64,000 nucleotides of DNA, taken from assembly GCA_951406725.2 (NCBI GenBank), contig OX597814.1, positions 199,268,001-199,332,000 of the forward strand. The letters run 5' to 3'. The notes beneath the pieces are model-generated. The model did not search any database. It was given only the letters and a program-made list of their open reading frames with translations, and was not told the origin of the DNA. The DNA comes from Octopus vulgaris. Taxonomy: Eukaryota. Every line of letters begins with the position of its first letter. Position 1 is the stretch's first letter. The position numbers were made by a program, and so were the translations under genes. Positions 13,051 through 25,815 of this stretch are shown here, in pieces.

Positions 13051-14149
13051 AATATACAGACGATAGCTCTAAAAAACAAATGGCGTGATCACAGCTAGGA
13101 ACGCCTTTGACGTGTTAAGTCCGATCATGTACAGTTGACCTGAAGTTAGAAAATACTAAAAACAACTAAGAAAGACACCTCACTCCTTGTGTTATATATG
13201 CCTGGAAAGAAATCAATATTTCAGGAACAAGAAAAAAAGAAACATTTCTGGAAGCTATATTTTGCGACGTTATATCTATTTCAGATAATTCCATCCCTCC
13301 AAAGAATACCGATTTTACTAACCTCATAACTAAATATTCATTACAGAGAATATTGAAACTATCGGTTCTTTATTGTTGGTCAATAACAATTTGTTTTTGT
13401 ATTTGTTAATTAGACATTTATAATTGCTAAAATCATTAATTTCAAAATCCTTTGCTATATCATAAGCTATGCTGCTAGTACACTGATAAATTCAGTTGTA
13501 TCATAATGACACTTTTTTCTTTGTTAGAAAGTCTTTTGTTTTGTTTAAAATTTTGTTAGCAAACTAATGACAGGATAGTGAACCATAACCAATAAATTGT
13601 ATAATTCTTATTCACTTGGGAAATTCAGTTCTTCATTCAACACAGACGTATTTCTCTCCGGTTTAAATCATATATTTGCTGTCTAATGAAATAAGTAATA
13701 AAGCTTTCGGATATATTTTCCTTATTTATTTGTCTAATGTTGTTGGTTATCACTGTAATTTTGGATGATAGGTTTACCAAATCTGGTGGTAAACCGGAAC
13801 AAATCTAAATAATTGAAGCTCGTCAGTTTTTCTTAATTGTTTTTTTTTTTCATTCCGTGTTTGAAACATCTTTGTTAATTCATAGAATACCATCGCATCT
13901 AATTCTATCAACATTTAACTAACCACCGACATTTGTAAAAGCAGCTGTTCACTATCTTCCTCTTATTCAAATTTACTCTGGTTGATACACATTTTCATGC
14001 GAGTCAAATTAAAGCAGGGAGCATGTTTAATGTTTATCATTTGAACTTTTTCGAAAGCTTACACACTTCAGCCACCAATGGATATGTTTTCAGCAGAACT
14101 TTTCCTACTCCAAGAACACTGGCATGCAATATTCTTAAGGAATTACAAC

Positions 14150-14465
14150 CGTGTTTTGTGGTCTGCTACCACAACAGCTCCTTTATAGGATCCAGTTAGC
14201 TCAAGACATCATCAGGAGGAACCACGTCCGGTTTCAGCCCCTACTCCTCTACCGGTTTGACGTGCCCCCCCCCCCCATTTCGGAGGTGTCTTCAGCTCTG
14301 GTGTTGGGTGAATGTCTTTCTTCTTCTTTCTTCTGTTCCCTGGCCTCTTCGATGTATCGTCAGCGAGTGTCAGCCGGTGACTGACTGTCTTGTCAAATTT
14401 CTCCCTTTAAATACCTGCTGCATAGGCTCCAGCAGGCAACCCAAGCAAGTTGTCACGTGACACTG
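14150..14465 (-). mobile_element. Probable Penelope pseudo-LTR remnant
   Basis: Minus strand has TATTTAAA followed by CTGAAGA-CACCTCC-GAAAT-G-run-CACGTC, a decayed hammerhead-like motif of the kind found in PLE pLTRs. Confidence 0.4.
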
Positions 14466-14595
14466 TCTCACCTTAACTGACTAGTGAAGGCACGTAGTTT
14501 TAGCCCGCGCTTTTTCCAAACGACCGTCACTATTTCATGAGATGTACATAAGAAAAATGTGTTCATTTTGAATTCTAGAACTGTATTAATATTGT

Positions 14596-14980
14596 GGAGG
14601 CGCAATGGCCCAGTGGTTAGGGCAGCAGACTCGCGGTCATAGGATCGCGGTTTCGATTCCCAGACCGGGCGTTGTGAGTGTTTATTGAGCGAAAACACCT
14701 AAAAGCTCCACGAGGCTCCGGCAGGGGATGGTGGTGATCCCTGCTGTACTCTTTCACCACAACTTTCTCTCACTCTTACTTCCTGTTTCTGTTGTACCTG
14801 TATTTCAAGGGGCCGGCCTTGTCACTCTCTGTGTCACGCTGAATATCCCCGAGAACTACGTTAAGGGTGCACGTGTCTGTGGAGTGCTCAGCCACTTACA
14901 TGTTAATTTCACGAGCAGGCTGTTCCGTTGATTCGGATCAACCGGAACGCTCATCGTCGTAACCAACGGAGTGCTTCCAC
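14596..14980 (+). mobile_element. SINE family C full length (tRNA-Arg-like head) with 13-bp TSD
   Basis: A box TGGCCCAGTGGTTAG, B box GTTTCGATTCC; TSD ATTAATATTGTGG at 14585-14597 and 14981-14993. Confidence 0.9.
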
Positions 14981-15083
14981 ATTAATATTGTGGTGATTAA
15001 TTTTGTTTTATTTGTCCTTTTGTGTCGTCTGTTAATTCCTCCTGTAATTTTTTTCTTTTTCTTTTTTTTTTCTTTGGTTCCAG

Positions 15084-15135
15084 GGAACGTAAGTGGGAAG
15101 ATGAACACTTCCAAATACAATGCAGTTGACAGCTG
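15084..15135 (+). other. Candidate 52-nt exon (5'UTR plus ATG at 15120 giving MQLTA, phase-1 donor)
   Basis: Long polypyrimidine tract and CAG acceptor (15081-15083), then CTG|GTAAGT donor at 15136. Confidence 0.5.
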
Positions 15136-15256
15136 GTAAGTTATTTCGGCAACGTTCAGTTTATCAAATTTAAAACAATTTAAACCATAAACTCCAACAA
15201 TCTATACATTTGGTGCATAAAAAGAAAGTCGAAAAAAAAAAAATTTTAAAAAAAGG

Positions 15257-15262
15257 TCAGTT
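15257..15262 (+). promoter_or_regulatory. Possible initiator element TCAGTT
   Basis: Matches the TCAGTY Inr consensus about 50 nt upstream of ATG 15310; no polypyrimidine acceptor precedes this exon. Confidence 0.25.
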
Positions 15263-15309
15263 GCCGAGTGGAACGAAAGGAGATATAAAATAAAGTCCCC
15301 ACCCTAAAT

Positions 15310-15589
15310 ATGGGTTCGTGTGCTAGCAAAGCACCGACTGACAAAGTCATTTTACCGAAGCCTAATTCGTGTCAGTGTCATCTAATGGAAAGCCCCGATA
15401 AAGAAACGGACTCCATGATAAGTATACAGCAAGACAAGACTTGTCTAAATTGCTATCGTATGCATCGACTTGATTTCAAATGTGGATCTTACAGGCGTAT
15501 CAAATCAAGTGACACATCATCAGTCTCTCAAGGAACACAAACGGATATACCTCCACCAAATCGAAAGAGCCGCCATCGAAAAATTGAAG
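15310..15589 (+). CDS. Probable first coding exon (93 aa + 1 nt) of an unidentified N-myristoylated/palmitoylated protein
   Basis: Non-repetitive ORF MGSCASKAPTDK...SQGTQTD...RHRKIE; ATG context has A at -3 and G at +4; MGxCxSK acylation consensus; ends exactly at an AAG|GTAAGT donor. Confidence 0.75.
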
Positions 15590-16327
15590 GTAAGTTACCA
15601 TTTTACTAACAACCAGCATGAATTTATTAGTCTAAGCATTGGATCTGCAAATAATTATATATTATTTCAGTAAAAGTAATTTATCACATTCAGAAAGAAT
15701 ATCTTTCACAATATTCCTTTAGCAACAGGAAGGAAAAGATTTTAACTTCATAAAGGTTTATAGATTTACATTTAACGTGTTCGTATACACTCAAACGTTG
15801 AAAGACCCTCTTACAATAACTGTCTCAGAAGAGATATGCATTTTATAGTCAATGTGTGAAAACACTCTAAACTGGTTTGTAATTGACGTCTTCGAATAGT
15901 GGAGCACATATTCTGTGTTGTTGCGCTTTATCAGCTACAGATACCGAATTCGTCGTTCCTGGCCAACTATGAACTGCCGTATTTATATATAAAAACAAAC
16001 AAATTTGCTGGTGTGTATAAGGCTTTGTCAAGCTGGTGTTAATTAAGTAAAGAACACTAAGCAGCGATTGATGAAATTAAAGCTGCGTGTACTTATATTT
16101 AACACACTCTAGTACATTTTGACGGGGGAAGATCGTTGGGGAAGAGAAATTCTCCTTAAAAACAATGTCCGTAACGCCAAACTGAAATATAAATGACGCC
16201 ATGAGACCGTTGGGCACAGGTTTCTGCGATGTTATGCTTCATCAGCTAGACACCATCGACGCAGAAACACGTGTCATGCGGTTCATTGACGTCATTCACA
16301 GTCCAGCTCGATGTGTTTTCTCGTACA

Positions 16328-16844
16328 TCTATATATATAAAACTGTAGTTGTGTGAGTGTCTGTCCCCTTCGATTTAGATTCCTAACTCCTCCCACATTT
16401 TGCGATGCAGTTTAACCAAATTCGGGTATCTTATAGTCGTGATTAATATCGAGCCCGTCTGGCTATTAGCGCGCGTCTACGATGAGTCTATGATTTTAAA
16501 AATAATTTAACATCATTTTTTATTCCATTTTAATGCATAATTTTTCGTGTGTCGATGGCGGCGGAGTTGGCGTCCACGCTCAAACACCTGCACCTGTGTT
16601 TGCTTCACCCCCTTCTTCCCTCCCTCGTGAAGCTGTGGGGAAGGGAGTTTAAGGAAATCAACGTCGTAATGCGTTGTCAAGGAGACCAGCGTTCTTTTAG
16701 AACAACGACTTCATGGCTTGAAGACACCATAACAGAAATGGCTAAGAAAGCCCGAATTGGCATCTATAAGGGAAGTAACTCTCTAAAAATGCTTATATAG
16801 TTATTTCCCTTACAAACCCGAGCAACGCCGGGCTATACTGCTAG
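16328..16844 (+). mobile_element. Non-autonomous Helitron
   Basis: A|TC 5' end, hairpin CCCGAGCAACGCCGGG (16817-16832), CTAG|T 3' end, no TSD. Confidence 0.85.
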
Positions 16845-18349
16845 TTACCTATAAGAAGGCGTTAACTTGCGATGATGATATAGCAGGGAAAGGCTTGTCT
16901 ATGTGTGACTATAAACCATTGTATTACATATAATAAAAGTACGCAGCGTTGTTTTAATCGTCGATATTTAGTGTACCTTTAATTTAATGATTCTGACTTT
17001 ATTACTGTTCGGTAAATATTATTCTGGTTCATTCATTTGGTCCTTTGCAATACGAACTGAAGCTACAGTAAAGAAAGAGCGAATACGACAAAAATATTCA
17101 TTATTTATTTTAGACCAGACGTAAACGGTCTACATTCTTAGAAGAGGTGAACAATATGAAAATATTCATAGCACTTTCAAAATCAAAATGAATACAAAAC
17201 GTTTGAACCGGTCATCGACATTGTGTCTTAATGGAAATGTTTAGCTACCTCCCAAACTATTTATATATACGCCTATAGACTAACCTTGTCGCCATAGTAA
17301 CGAAAGAAGAGGTGGATTCGGTTGGAGCTTCACAATTGCTTCTCTTCTGCTCCTATTGTCGGTGGTATACAATCAGCGTAGTTGTTACGGCTAATTAATT
17401 GATGTTGCAGCTATTTTTGTGTGTATATATTGTTTTATGTTCAGAATATCGTTGAGTAGGCGGGCGATATACTATTGTCTGTAATGTCTGCATTCTTTGA
17501 TGATATATGCATGTTTTGTATGCCTGTCTGTCTGTACATACGTAGGAATGTACGTATGTATATGATGTGATTGCGATTCTTCCATTGTTATTGTTATCAA
17601 AGCGCTAAATAATTTGAATAGTTTTAAAATTGTTATGAAATATACTCATTGAAAATCGGAGGGTGTTTTATATGAGATGAAATATATAATGTTAGGCACA
17701 TAAGGAGGCTATTATCCACGCGCACAAGCTCCCACATACAGTGTGTCTGCGTATTTCAAGGATGGAATAAAAAGAACGCAACAAACGGAAGAAAATTTAA
17801 CAGACGGAAACATTTAACAGAAACATCACAATCGGAAAATAGACGAAACCATAGTACTCCAAAAATTCGCAGCTGATTCCTCATCAATCAGTGGTCAAGA
17901 TATCAGAGTGGTTTCGCACTTTTACAATTCATACCACTCCGTCTTGGCAGCGCTAGAGCAGAGAACGTTTGGGAATAGCTAATGAACGTATACGACAAGG
18001 ACAAAAACAAGACAAACTAAAATAATATAACACTTGTACATATAGAACAAAAACATAATCATACAAATACAACAGAAAAAAGAATAATTACACATATACA
18101 ACAGAGAAAGTCCTTAGGACGTCGAATAGACGTATATAGGGAATGCAAATAAGAATAGGAAAAATGTTTAAAGGATAGAGCAATACAGGTCTGGTAAAAG
18201 TCAGGATAGAGCAATACAGGTCTGGTAAAAGTCACCGCCTCATAATATATATATATATATTCGGGCGCGCGTCTGAGCGTGTGCGTGTGTGCCTGTAGTT
18301 TCGCATGCGCCCGCACCGCGATAGTCTTTTCCATCTATCTTTCAGTTGC

Positions 18350-18387
18350 GAAGTGTGTCCTTGCATGCATGTATATACGCACATACA

Positions 18388-18435
<48 letters not shown>

Positions 18436-18960
18436 CAAACATACAAACACACATTTGTACACACACGCACATACATACATTCACTCTCACGCACGTACAC
18501 ACACATTTACATATATATACAATATACGCACACACACATACACACGTACAAACACCCACTAATTCACATACACACCGACACATATACATACACACAACAT
18601 ATACCTCCACGCACACATACACATACGTACACACATATAAGCACAGACACACACATACATACGCACACTCGCACACAATCATACATACGTATATATACAC
18701 ACACACACGCACGTACAAGCACACACGCACACATACAGTTACTCGCCATACACACAAAAAAACGCACACGTACACACACACATACTACAACAAAACACAC
18801 ACACGATACATATACACGCACACATACATACCTCCTTGTTTCTGACCTGCCTTTCTGACTTGCTAGGGTACCCCCACCCATTCCTTAATTCCCTACTGCC
18901 TGCTACCAGCCATCGTCCACCATACACACACACATGCACGCACACACACACACACACACC
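18350..18960. repeat. Degenerate (CA)/(TA) compound microsatellite
   Basis: Direct reading. Confidence 0.9.
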
Positions 18961-19084
18961 CTTGTCATCTCGCACACCTTTTTTACCATTCATTCCCTGA
19001 TTCAGCTCTTTTGTTTTTAAAAACACTTTTCCTTCCTTTTCCTTCCACTTCCGTCTTTTTAGTATGTGACCTCGTGTAGACTAC

Positions 19085-19233
19085 CTGCTATTTTTTTTCC
19101 CTCTGTCCTCCCGTCTCGGGATGTTTCTTTCTCCTATGTTTCCGACGAAGAGCTTCTTTCCTGAGCCGTCCAATAATACTTTATTTGTTCCACATCCTTG
19201 CGTTGTTGTTTTTTTGTTTTCTTGTTTGGATTA

Positions 19234-19240
<7 letters not shown>
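19085..19240 (+). mobile_element. Short PLE-pLTR-like repeat with truncated hammerhead core, related to 63910-64000
   Basis: TTTTTCCCTC...TATGTTTCCGACGAAGAGC shared with the 63910 copy; ends in (TA)n. Confidence 0.5.
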
Positions 19241-19267
<27 letters not shown>

Positions 19268-19268
<1 letters not shown>

Positions 19269-20100
19269 ACTTAGATAAACTTAGATATGTTTCGACCAAT
19301 GATTGGTCCAGGCCATGTCTAACTTAACAGCACCACCTGATAGGATTATTTGAATCCTGTTTAAGTCAACTTTTGTTTATGGTCCATTCAAGTAGTGAGT
19401 TTTTGTTGGGTGAGTTGTATCCAATTATGGGTGGCTTATCTGGTATTCCCTGAAGGAATCTATCCAGACTCCGTTTAAAGTTGATGGGATCCTGTTCCTC
19501 TTTGATCTCTTTCGGGACAATGTTAAATAGAGCAGGGCCTGTTGAGGAAAAGAAATTATGTTGTAGTGTACATGTATGCTGTGATCTAAATTGGGTAGGG
19601 GACGTATCGCCCGTGGTCCCAGTCTTGGATGAACCTTGAAGCTAATGTTCAGGTCGTTTGGGCAAAGTTGGCGGTATATTCTCCACATCGTACAAATGAT
19701 GTACCGCTCACGGCGACGCTGGAGAGAGTAGTTTTAAGGCTTTAAGGCGATCCCAATAATCGAGAGCAGCCATGCCTTCAATTCGTTTAGTGAGTGCCCT
19801 CTGGGGTGATTCAATCCTCGAGATGTTTTGTCTTGTATGGAGAGACCACAGCGGGCAGCAGTATTCGAGGTGTGGCCGTACAAAGGAGGAGAAAAGTGGT
19901 ATGATGACACCTTGTTCTCTGGACCGGAAAGTTCTTAAGATCCAGGAACTCATCCTACGAGCTATGTCGACCTTCTTGTTGATGTGTGCATTCCAACCGA
20001 GATCGTCATCAACAATTACACCCAGGTCTCTGATATTGTTAGAGGCTGTGAGCGGTTCCCCTGAAGGAAGAGAGTATGGCTGTTTTAGTGAGGAATTTCT
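19268..20100 (-). mobile_element. CR1-group LINE 3' portion (RT C-terminus, 3'UTR, short repeat tail)
   Basis: IRDLGVIVD...FVRPHLEYCCPLWS...YWDRLKALKL, continuing by frameshift to GPALFN...FKRSLDRFL. Tandem TATCTAAGTT tail. Confidence 0.9.
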
Positions 20101-20107
20101 TCTAAAA

Positions 20108-20143
<36 letters not shown>

Positions 20144-20849
20144 CAAGCTAGACTTTCCGGCGATTAAATGAAACGAAGCTGAAACGTGTATCTAATAAAA
20201 GCTTCAATGAAAAATTACTTCCATATATTTTGTACAGACAGATCATATATTGTTAAGACGCATCATATATTGCCAGGTTAGATTCTGTACAAAAGTCATT
20301 TACCCAAAGTAGTATATTTTGCCAATGATCAACGTAGCATGTATTCCATCCGTATTATCATCAATAAATACCAATAGCACATGCCGTATGTATATAAGGC
20401 TATTACGGTGAGATATACATCGCAATACTCATACTTTGAGTTTTCTGCGCGCATATATATTATGGCTGATTTTAATTTCCGTTATTACTGTTTTCATTTA
20501 CTAACACACACACACACACATATATATGCACATAAATATATATATACATATACACATTTATATATATATGCACATAAAAATATATAAATATATATATATA
20601 TATATCTACATTGTCCAGTTAGAGAGAGTATGTGTTTGTGTGTGTATGTATGTGGGTGCCTGTGTATCTGAAAGGGTGTCAATGGAAAAGAGAGAGAGGA
20701 AGAAGAAGAAAAATGTATTGACGTTTATACCGCTGTTCAGTTCTTTCAATTCAATGTTTGATTCCCGTGCTGGTATGGGTTGGAGAATCTCGATGTAAGA
20801 TTGTTTCTATTTATGTGTATGTCCATATAGTACTGTGTGTGTGTGTGTG

Positions 20850-21435
20850 TGTTTAATACAATTTACTTTACAAAATTTATCCTTCATCCAGTACAAATCA
20901 TTACAGAAATATTTTCAGCTATTCAGTTTGGGGGAGAACTTTGTTATGAAGTATTTTTCCATATTTTTCCTGAAGAAGGTGTCATTCCTTGGGCATTTAT
21001 AGAAGGGAAAGATCTTAAATTTTCCTTTTCCACATGTATCTAAGTGTTTACTCAGTGGAATCTTTCGTAGTTCCTCTTGTCGGACATGTTGTCGGTGAAT
21101 TCTGGCTCGTTGGCATAAAGAATTTCCAGTTTCGCCTATATCATTCTCCTTGCATGTGGGGAAGGTTATGCAGTATATTACGTTCTATGTCTTGCATTTC
21201 ATGTCTGCATTTACTTTGAATTTGTAATCACTCTTAAATCTAATTTGTTTGTTTCCCTCTCTATATTTGTAGACGGGGTTACTGCAGATCCCACATCTAC
21301 CATTTCCACACTCTTTTACAAAGAATTCGGTTTTAGTCTCTGATGAGAATTTCGCTCTTGTTAGTTGTTTCAAGTTTTTCTCTTTGCGTTTACTGTTTTT
21401 TATGGAACATTTGTTTAATATGTTTCCCATTTGGG
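20850..21435 (-). mobile_element. Penelope-like element GIY-YIG fragment
   Basis: CGNGRCGICS linker followed by NVIYCITFPTCKENDIGETGNSLCQRARIHRQH...EKYFITKFSPKLN. Confidence 0.9.
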
Positions 21436-21594
21436 ATGAAACTCAGTAGACTTTGAGATCTGATATTCTTTTCCTACCTAGGTACAAGATCCAAAATATT
21501 TGGTGAAGGGGTCAGTCGATTAGATCAACTCAGTACGCAAATGGTAGATAATTTACCGATCCCGAAAGGATGACAGGCAAAGTCGACATAAATA

Positions 21595-22099
21595 CCGTAA
21601 ATCCTCGAGTATAATCCGCATTTTTCCCTAACAGTCAAAATCCCTAGTGCGTACTATATACGAGGTTAAAAATAAAAAATATTTTCTAAGCAATGTCCGA
21701 GTCTCTATTTGCTGTCCGGCAATGTTTATTCAGACGCATTTTCTGATGTCGGGCGCGAAAATACCTTAAGCTAAGCCTGAAAGCAATGAAGTCATAAAAG
21801 AATCATCCATAACTTGCAATAAACAACATTTATTAAACGTTATTATTGTTATTTCTTTATTTTCTGCAAACAAAATGCACAAAAAAGCTATACGTTTGCA
21901 TTATGTTATATATACAATAATAATAATGGACGTTACCGTATACATTTTTACAAACCAAGGACGTTATATAGACCTCCTTGACTCCCGTTAGAGAAGGGGT
22001 GCATATTATACACAAGATTTAGGTTTTTTCTGAAGTACAGCCCCCTAAAGATACCCTGCGTATTATACTCAAGGGCGGACTATACTCGAGGATTTACGG
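21595..22099. mobile_element. pogo/Tc2-type MITE, 505 bp
   Basis: 25-bp TIRs CCGTAAATCCTCGAGTATARTCCGC (24/25), TA TSD on both sides, subterminal GCGTAYTATAY repeats. Confidence 0.9.
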
Positions 22100-22269
22100 T
22101 ATATATCCACTCTACCTAGCATAATGAGTTCTCTATCAGATACTGTCGGCACTATGCGAAATATATAATTTACTATTGTTACACTACTATCAATAATGTG
22201 TGTGTGAGTGTATGCACGTGTTTGTGTGCGTGTGTGCACAAGTATGTATTTACATGCGCGCAGATATAA

Positions 22270-22545
22270 ACATCCAAATGTATGTATGTATGCATGTACG
22301 TACGTATGTATGTATGCACCGTATGTATGTATGTATGTATGTAGGTAGGTAGGTAGGTAGGTAGGCATGCATGCATGCACCGTATATATGTATGTGTGTA
22401 TGTATGCATGCACCGTATATGTGTATGTATGTATGCATGCACCGTATATGTGTATGTATGTATGCATGCATGCATGCACCGTATATATGTATGTTTGTGT
22501 GTATGTATGTATGCATGTATGAACGTACGTATGTATGCACCGTTA
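22270..22545. repeat. Microsatellite-derived minisatellite with recurring GCACCGT anchor
   Basis: Units of about 30-60 bp made of (TATG)n punctuated by TGCACCGT. Confidence 0.85.
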
Positions 22546-22932
22546 AAAAATATTTCGACAAGTGTATAGTTAGGCACGAGCCGTTTTGCCTAAAATATCT
22601 GTGTATTTCTGGGCCTTGAAGTGTCGAAAACTGGAGGATTTTTTTTTCTGTTTTTTGCTTTTTAACTCCGAAAAGAAATGCGTAACCAATGATCGTGAAA
22701 GGGAGACATTCTCCAAGGTGTGTGCGATAAGATGAATAAAGAGGTAGAGGGAAAAAACAAGATAACAAAATCCAGTGAGAGAGATTAAGTGTAAAGGAGA
22801 TTAAGTTAGGAAATATCAAGAGGAATAACAAGATGGAGACGAAAGAAGTGATGAGAAGAGGGAACAAAGCAAAACTGGGAGGGGGGGAAATAAAGAGTCA
22901 CAAATGCAGGAAGAGAAAAAAAAAAACTAAAC

Positions 22933-23349
22933 GGCGCAGGAGTGGCTGTGTGATAAAGTCGCTTGTTTACCAACCACATGATTCCGGGTTCAGTCCCACT
23001 GCGTGGCACTTTGGGCAAGTGTCTTCTACTATAGCCTCGGGCCGACCAAACCCTTGTGAGTGGATTTGGTAGACAGAAACTGAAAGAAACCCATCATATA
23101 TGTATATATATATTTGTATGTGTGTGTGTATATGTTTGTGTGTCTGTGTTTGTCTCCCCCAAACATCGCTTGACAACCGATGCTGGTGTGTTTACGTCCC
23201 CGTAACTTAGCGGTTCGGCAAAAGCGACCGATAGGATAAGTACTAGGCTTTTAAAGAATAAGTCCTGGGGTCGATTTGCTCGACTAAAGGCGGTGCTCCA
23301 GCATGGTCGCAGTCTAATGACTGAAACAAGTATAAGAGAGTAAAAGAGA
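22933..23349 (+). mobile_element. SINE family B full length
   Basis: GGCGCAGGAGTGGCTGTGTG head, internal (TA)(TG) tract, GTAAAAGA-type tail. Confidence 0.9.
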
Positions 23350-23864
23350 TAAGTTTCTGCGCGTTCGTGTGTGCGCGTGCGCGTGCGTGTTTGAAAAAGA
23401 GAAAGAGTGAAGGAGGGAAAAAAAGACGATCAGACTAATAAAAACACTCAGCTTGACAGAGAGACGATTACAGGGAGAGAGAGAGAGAGAGAGGGAGGGC
23501 GTGAGAGAGGTAGAGGATGGTATAGGGAGAGTAAAAGAAGGGAACGGCATGTAGCTATCATGTGTGAATCAAGGTCGGTTGTTACATGTGTATTTGTATT
23601 GTAACATATACATGTAAAAATATTAGTATCTATTTCTCAGGCTGTGAACAGAACCCTTAGCTCAATACACACGCACACATAAATGCAAACACACACACAC
23701 ACACATGTACGTATGTATACGTAATATTTTCAACGTTTTGAACATATCGAAAAGGCTTCCTCTCAGTGTTAGCAACAGACGTCTTCCATTTTACGTTCGT
23801 TAAATAAGAGTGCGTGTGTTTACGTGTGTGTGTGTGTGTGTGTGTATGGTAACGTGTGTGTTAA

Positions 23865-24280
23865 GGCGGCGAGCTGGCAGAATCTTTAGCACGCTGGGCG
23901 AAATGCTTAGCGGTATTTCGTCTGCCGTTACGTTCTGAGTTCAAATTCCGCCGAGGTCGACTTTGCCTTTCATCCTTTCGGGGTCGATAAATTAAGTACC
24001 AGTTACGCACTAGGTCGATGTAATTGACTTAATCCATTTATCTGTCCTTGTTTTTCCCCTCTGTGTTTAGCCCCTTGTGAGTAGTAAAGAAATTGGTATT
24101 TCGTCTGCCGTTGCGTTCTGAGTTCAAATTCCGCCGAGGTCGACTTTGCCTTTCATCCTTTCGGAGGTCGATAAATTAAGTACCAGTTACGCACTGGGGT
24201 CGATGTAATCGACTTAATCCGTTTATCTGTCCTTGTTTGTCCCCTCTGTGTTTAGCCCCTTGTGGGTAGTAAAGAAATAG
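23865..24280 (+). mobile_element. SINE family A dimer with 14-bp TSD
   Basis: TSD GGTAACGTGTGTGT at 23848-23861 and 24280-24293 encloses both units. Confidence 0.9.
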
Positions 24281-25104
24281 GTAACGTGTGTGTGTGTGTA
24301 CACGGCTGTATCTGGTGTATTATGTGCAACACATTCATATATAGATTTTAATTCATGTTTAAATAGTAACTTATGCTTCTCCCAAAGTTAATCAGTATTA
24401 TAGCAATTATGAATATAATTCGTACGTAAATGAGTAGAAATTAAATGAAGCCCTCCCTGGCGCTGACAGAAATGCACGTGCATTGGGAATAAAACCGATC
24501 CGGAGACCATTTTGCACAGGTATATACAGATGTTAGCTATAGATGTTAGAAGGTGCGAATTTCATTGGGAACGTAATATGGCGGTAATAACAGCGATTTG
24601 TCAACTAGAAAACATGAGTCTGTGGTTTCAAGAGATATTCGCATTTCTCTGACACACGATACGCATACTTTGTGTCTGCACATTAAGTCCTGTTTAAATA
24701 TGAACATGTATTCCTATAAATATAGTTACGCTGAAAGTGATATAACTACGTTGAAAGCTTACTATAATGTAGATTATTGACATCGCTTGCTTAGATGATA
24801 AATGAAAATGGAATTTCGCCGATAAATTCTGATGTGGCATGTGAGAAAGAGATAGCTGCTGCTTACTGCTTTGAAAATATCAAATGTCATTTCCACTCTG
24901 TTGAAAGTGATAGTTACAGTTTTGTCTATGAAACTAATATAACCACGAAACACTTTAATATATATGAGTAAATATTTGTTTTTATTTGGAATAGCAAAAG
25001 ACGTTGGTTGTAACGCAGAATCAACAGAGCAGCAGCAGACGATATGCTTAACCGTGTTTAATTACTCTGGTTTTCATTTCGAGTTCAAATCCCGCCGACC
25101 ACCC

Positions 25105-25491
25105 TTTTACTCTTCACTCTTTTACTTGTTTCAGTCATTTAACTGTGGCCATGCTGGAGCACCGCCTTTAGTGGAGCAAATCGAACTCGGGACTTATTCT
25201 TTGTAAGCCCAGTACTTATTCTATCGGTCTCTTTTGCCGAACGGCTAAGTGACGGGGACGTAAACACACCAGCATCGGTTGTCAAGCAATGCTAGGGGGA
25301 CAAACACAGACACACAAACACATACACACACACACTCACATAGAGTTTCCGTCTACCAAATCCACTCACAAGGCATTGGTCGGCCCGGGGCTATAGCAGA
25401 AGACACTTGCCCAAGATTCCACGCAGTGGGACTGAATCCGGAAGCATGTGGTTCGTAAGCAAGCTACTTACCACAGAGCCACTCCTACGCC
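25105..25491 (-). mobile_element. SINE family B
   Basis: Reverse complement of 22933-23349. Confidence 0.9.
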
Positions 25492-25613
25492 GATGTTCAC
25501 TTTGTATATTTATTTCATCCTTTTACTCAGTCAATCAACCAAATCAATCAGTGAAGGGTTGAATTAAGACCCATAGAGACCTAAGCTCTTAAAAGATTTT
25601 GGTGCTCCCATAT

Positions 25614-25815
25614 ACGATGAGGTGCTGAAAAGTTCCTACGTATAAGAGTGTCGCGAAAGCCCTGGCTGGAGGCCTAACCTTCCGAGTTCTTCTACAGAGC
25701 TTAGAAAAACTGAAGGACTGCCGCAATAAGTCTGTGAATCTGAGAGGGGATTATGTTGAATAAAATCATAATTTTCTTTTACACAAAGCCAGGAACTATT
25801 TGCCACCGCCTAGTA
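25614..25815 (+). mobile_element. Mariner-derived MITE
   Basis: Retains the mariner C-terminal GDYVE* (GGGGATTATGTTGAATAA); imperfect TIRs with TA ends. Confidence 0.7.

Noticed and set aside
14596-14672. Possible tRNA-Arg gene (also 48291, 49520 and 58430)
   Set aside because: No proper acceptor stem, and it continues into a shared SINE body with TSDs.
15310-15589. Naming the gene (e.g. a phosphodiesterase or Abl/Src kinase)
   Set aside because: Only an N-terminal low-homology exon is visible; no diagnostic domain lies in the window.
22270-22545. CRISPR-like repeat-spacer appearance
   Set aside because: Spacers are microsatellite variants, the context is eukaryotic, and there are no cas genes.
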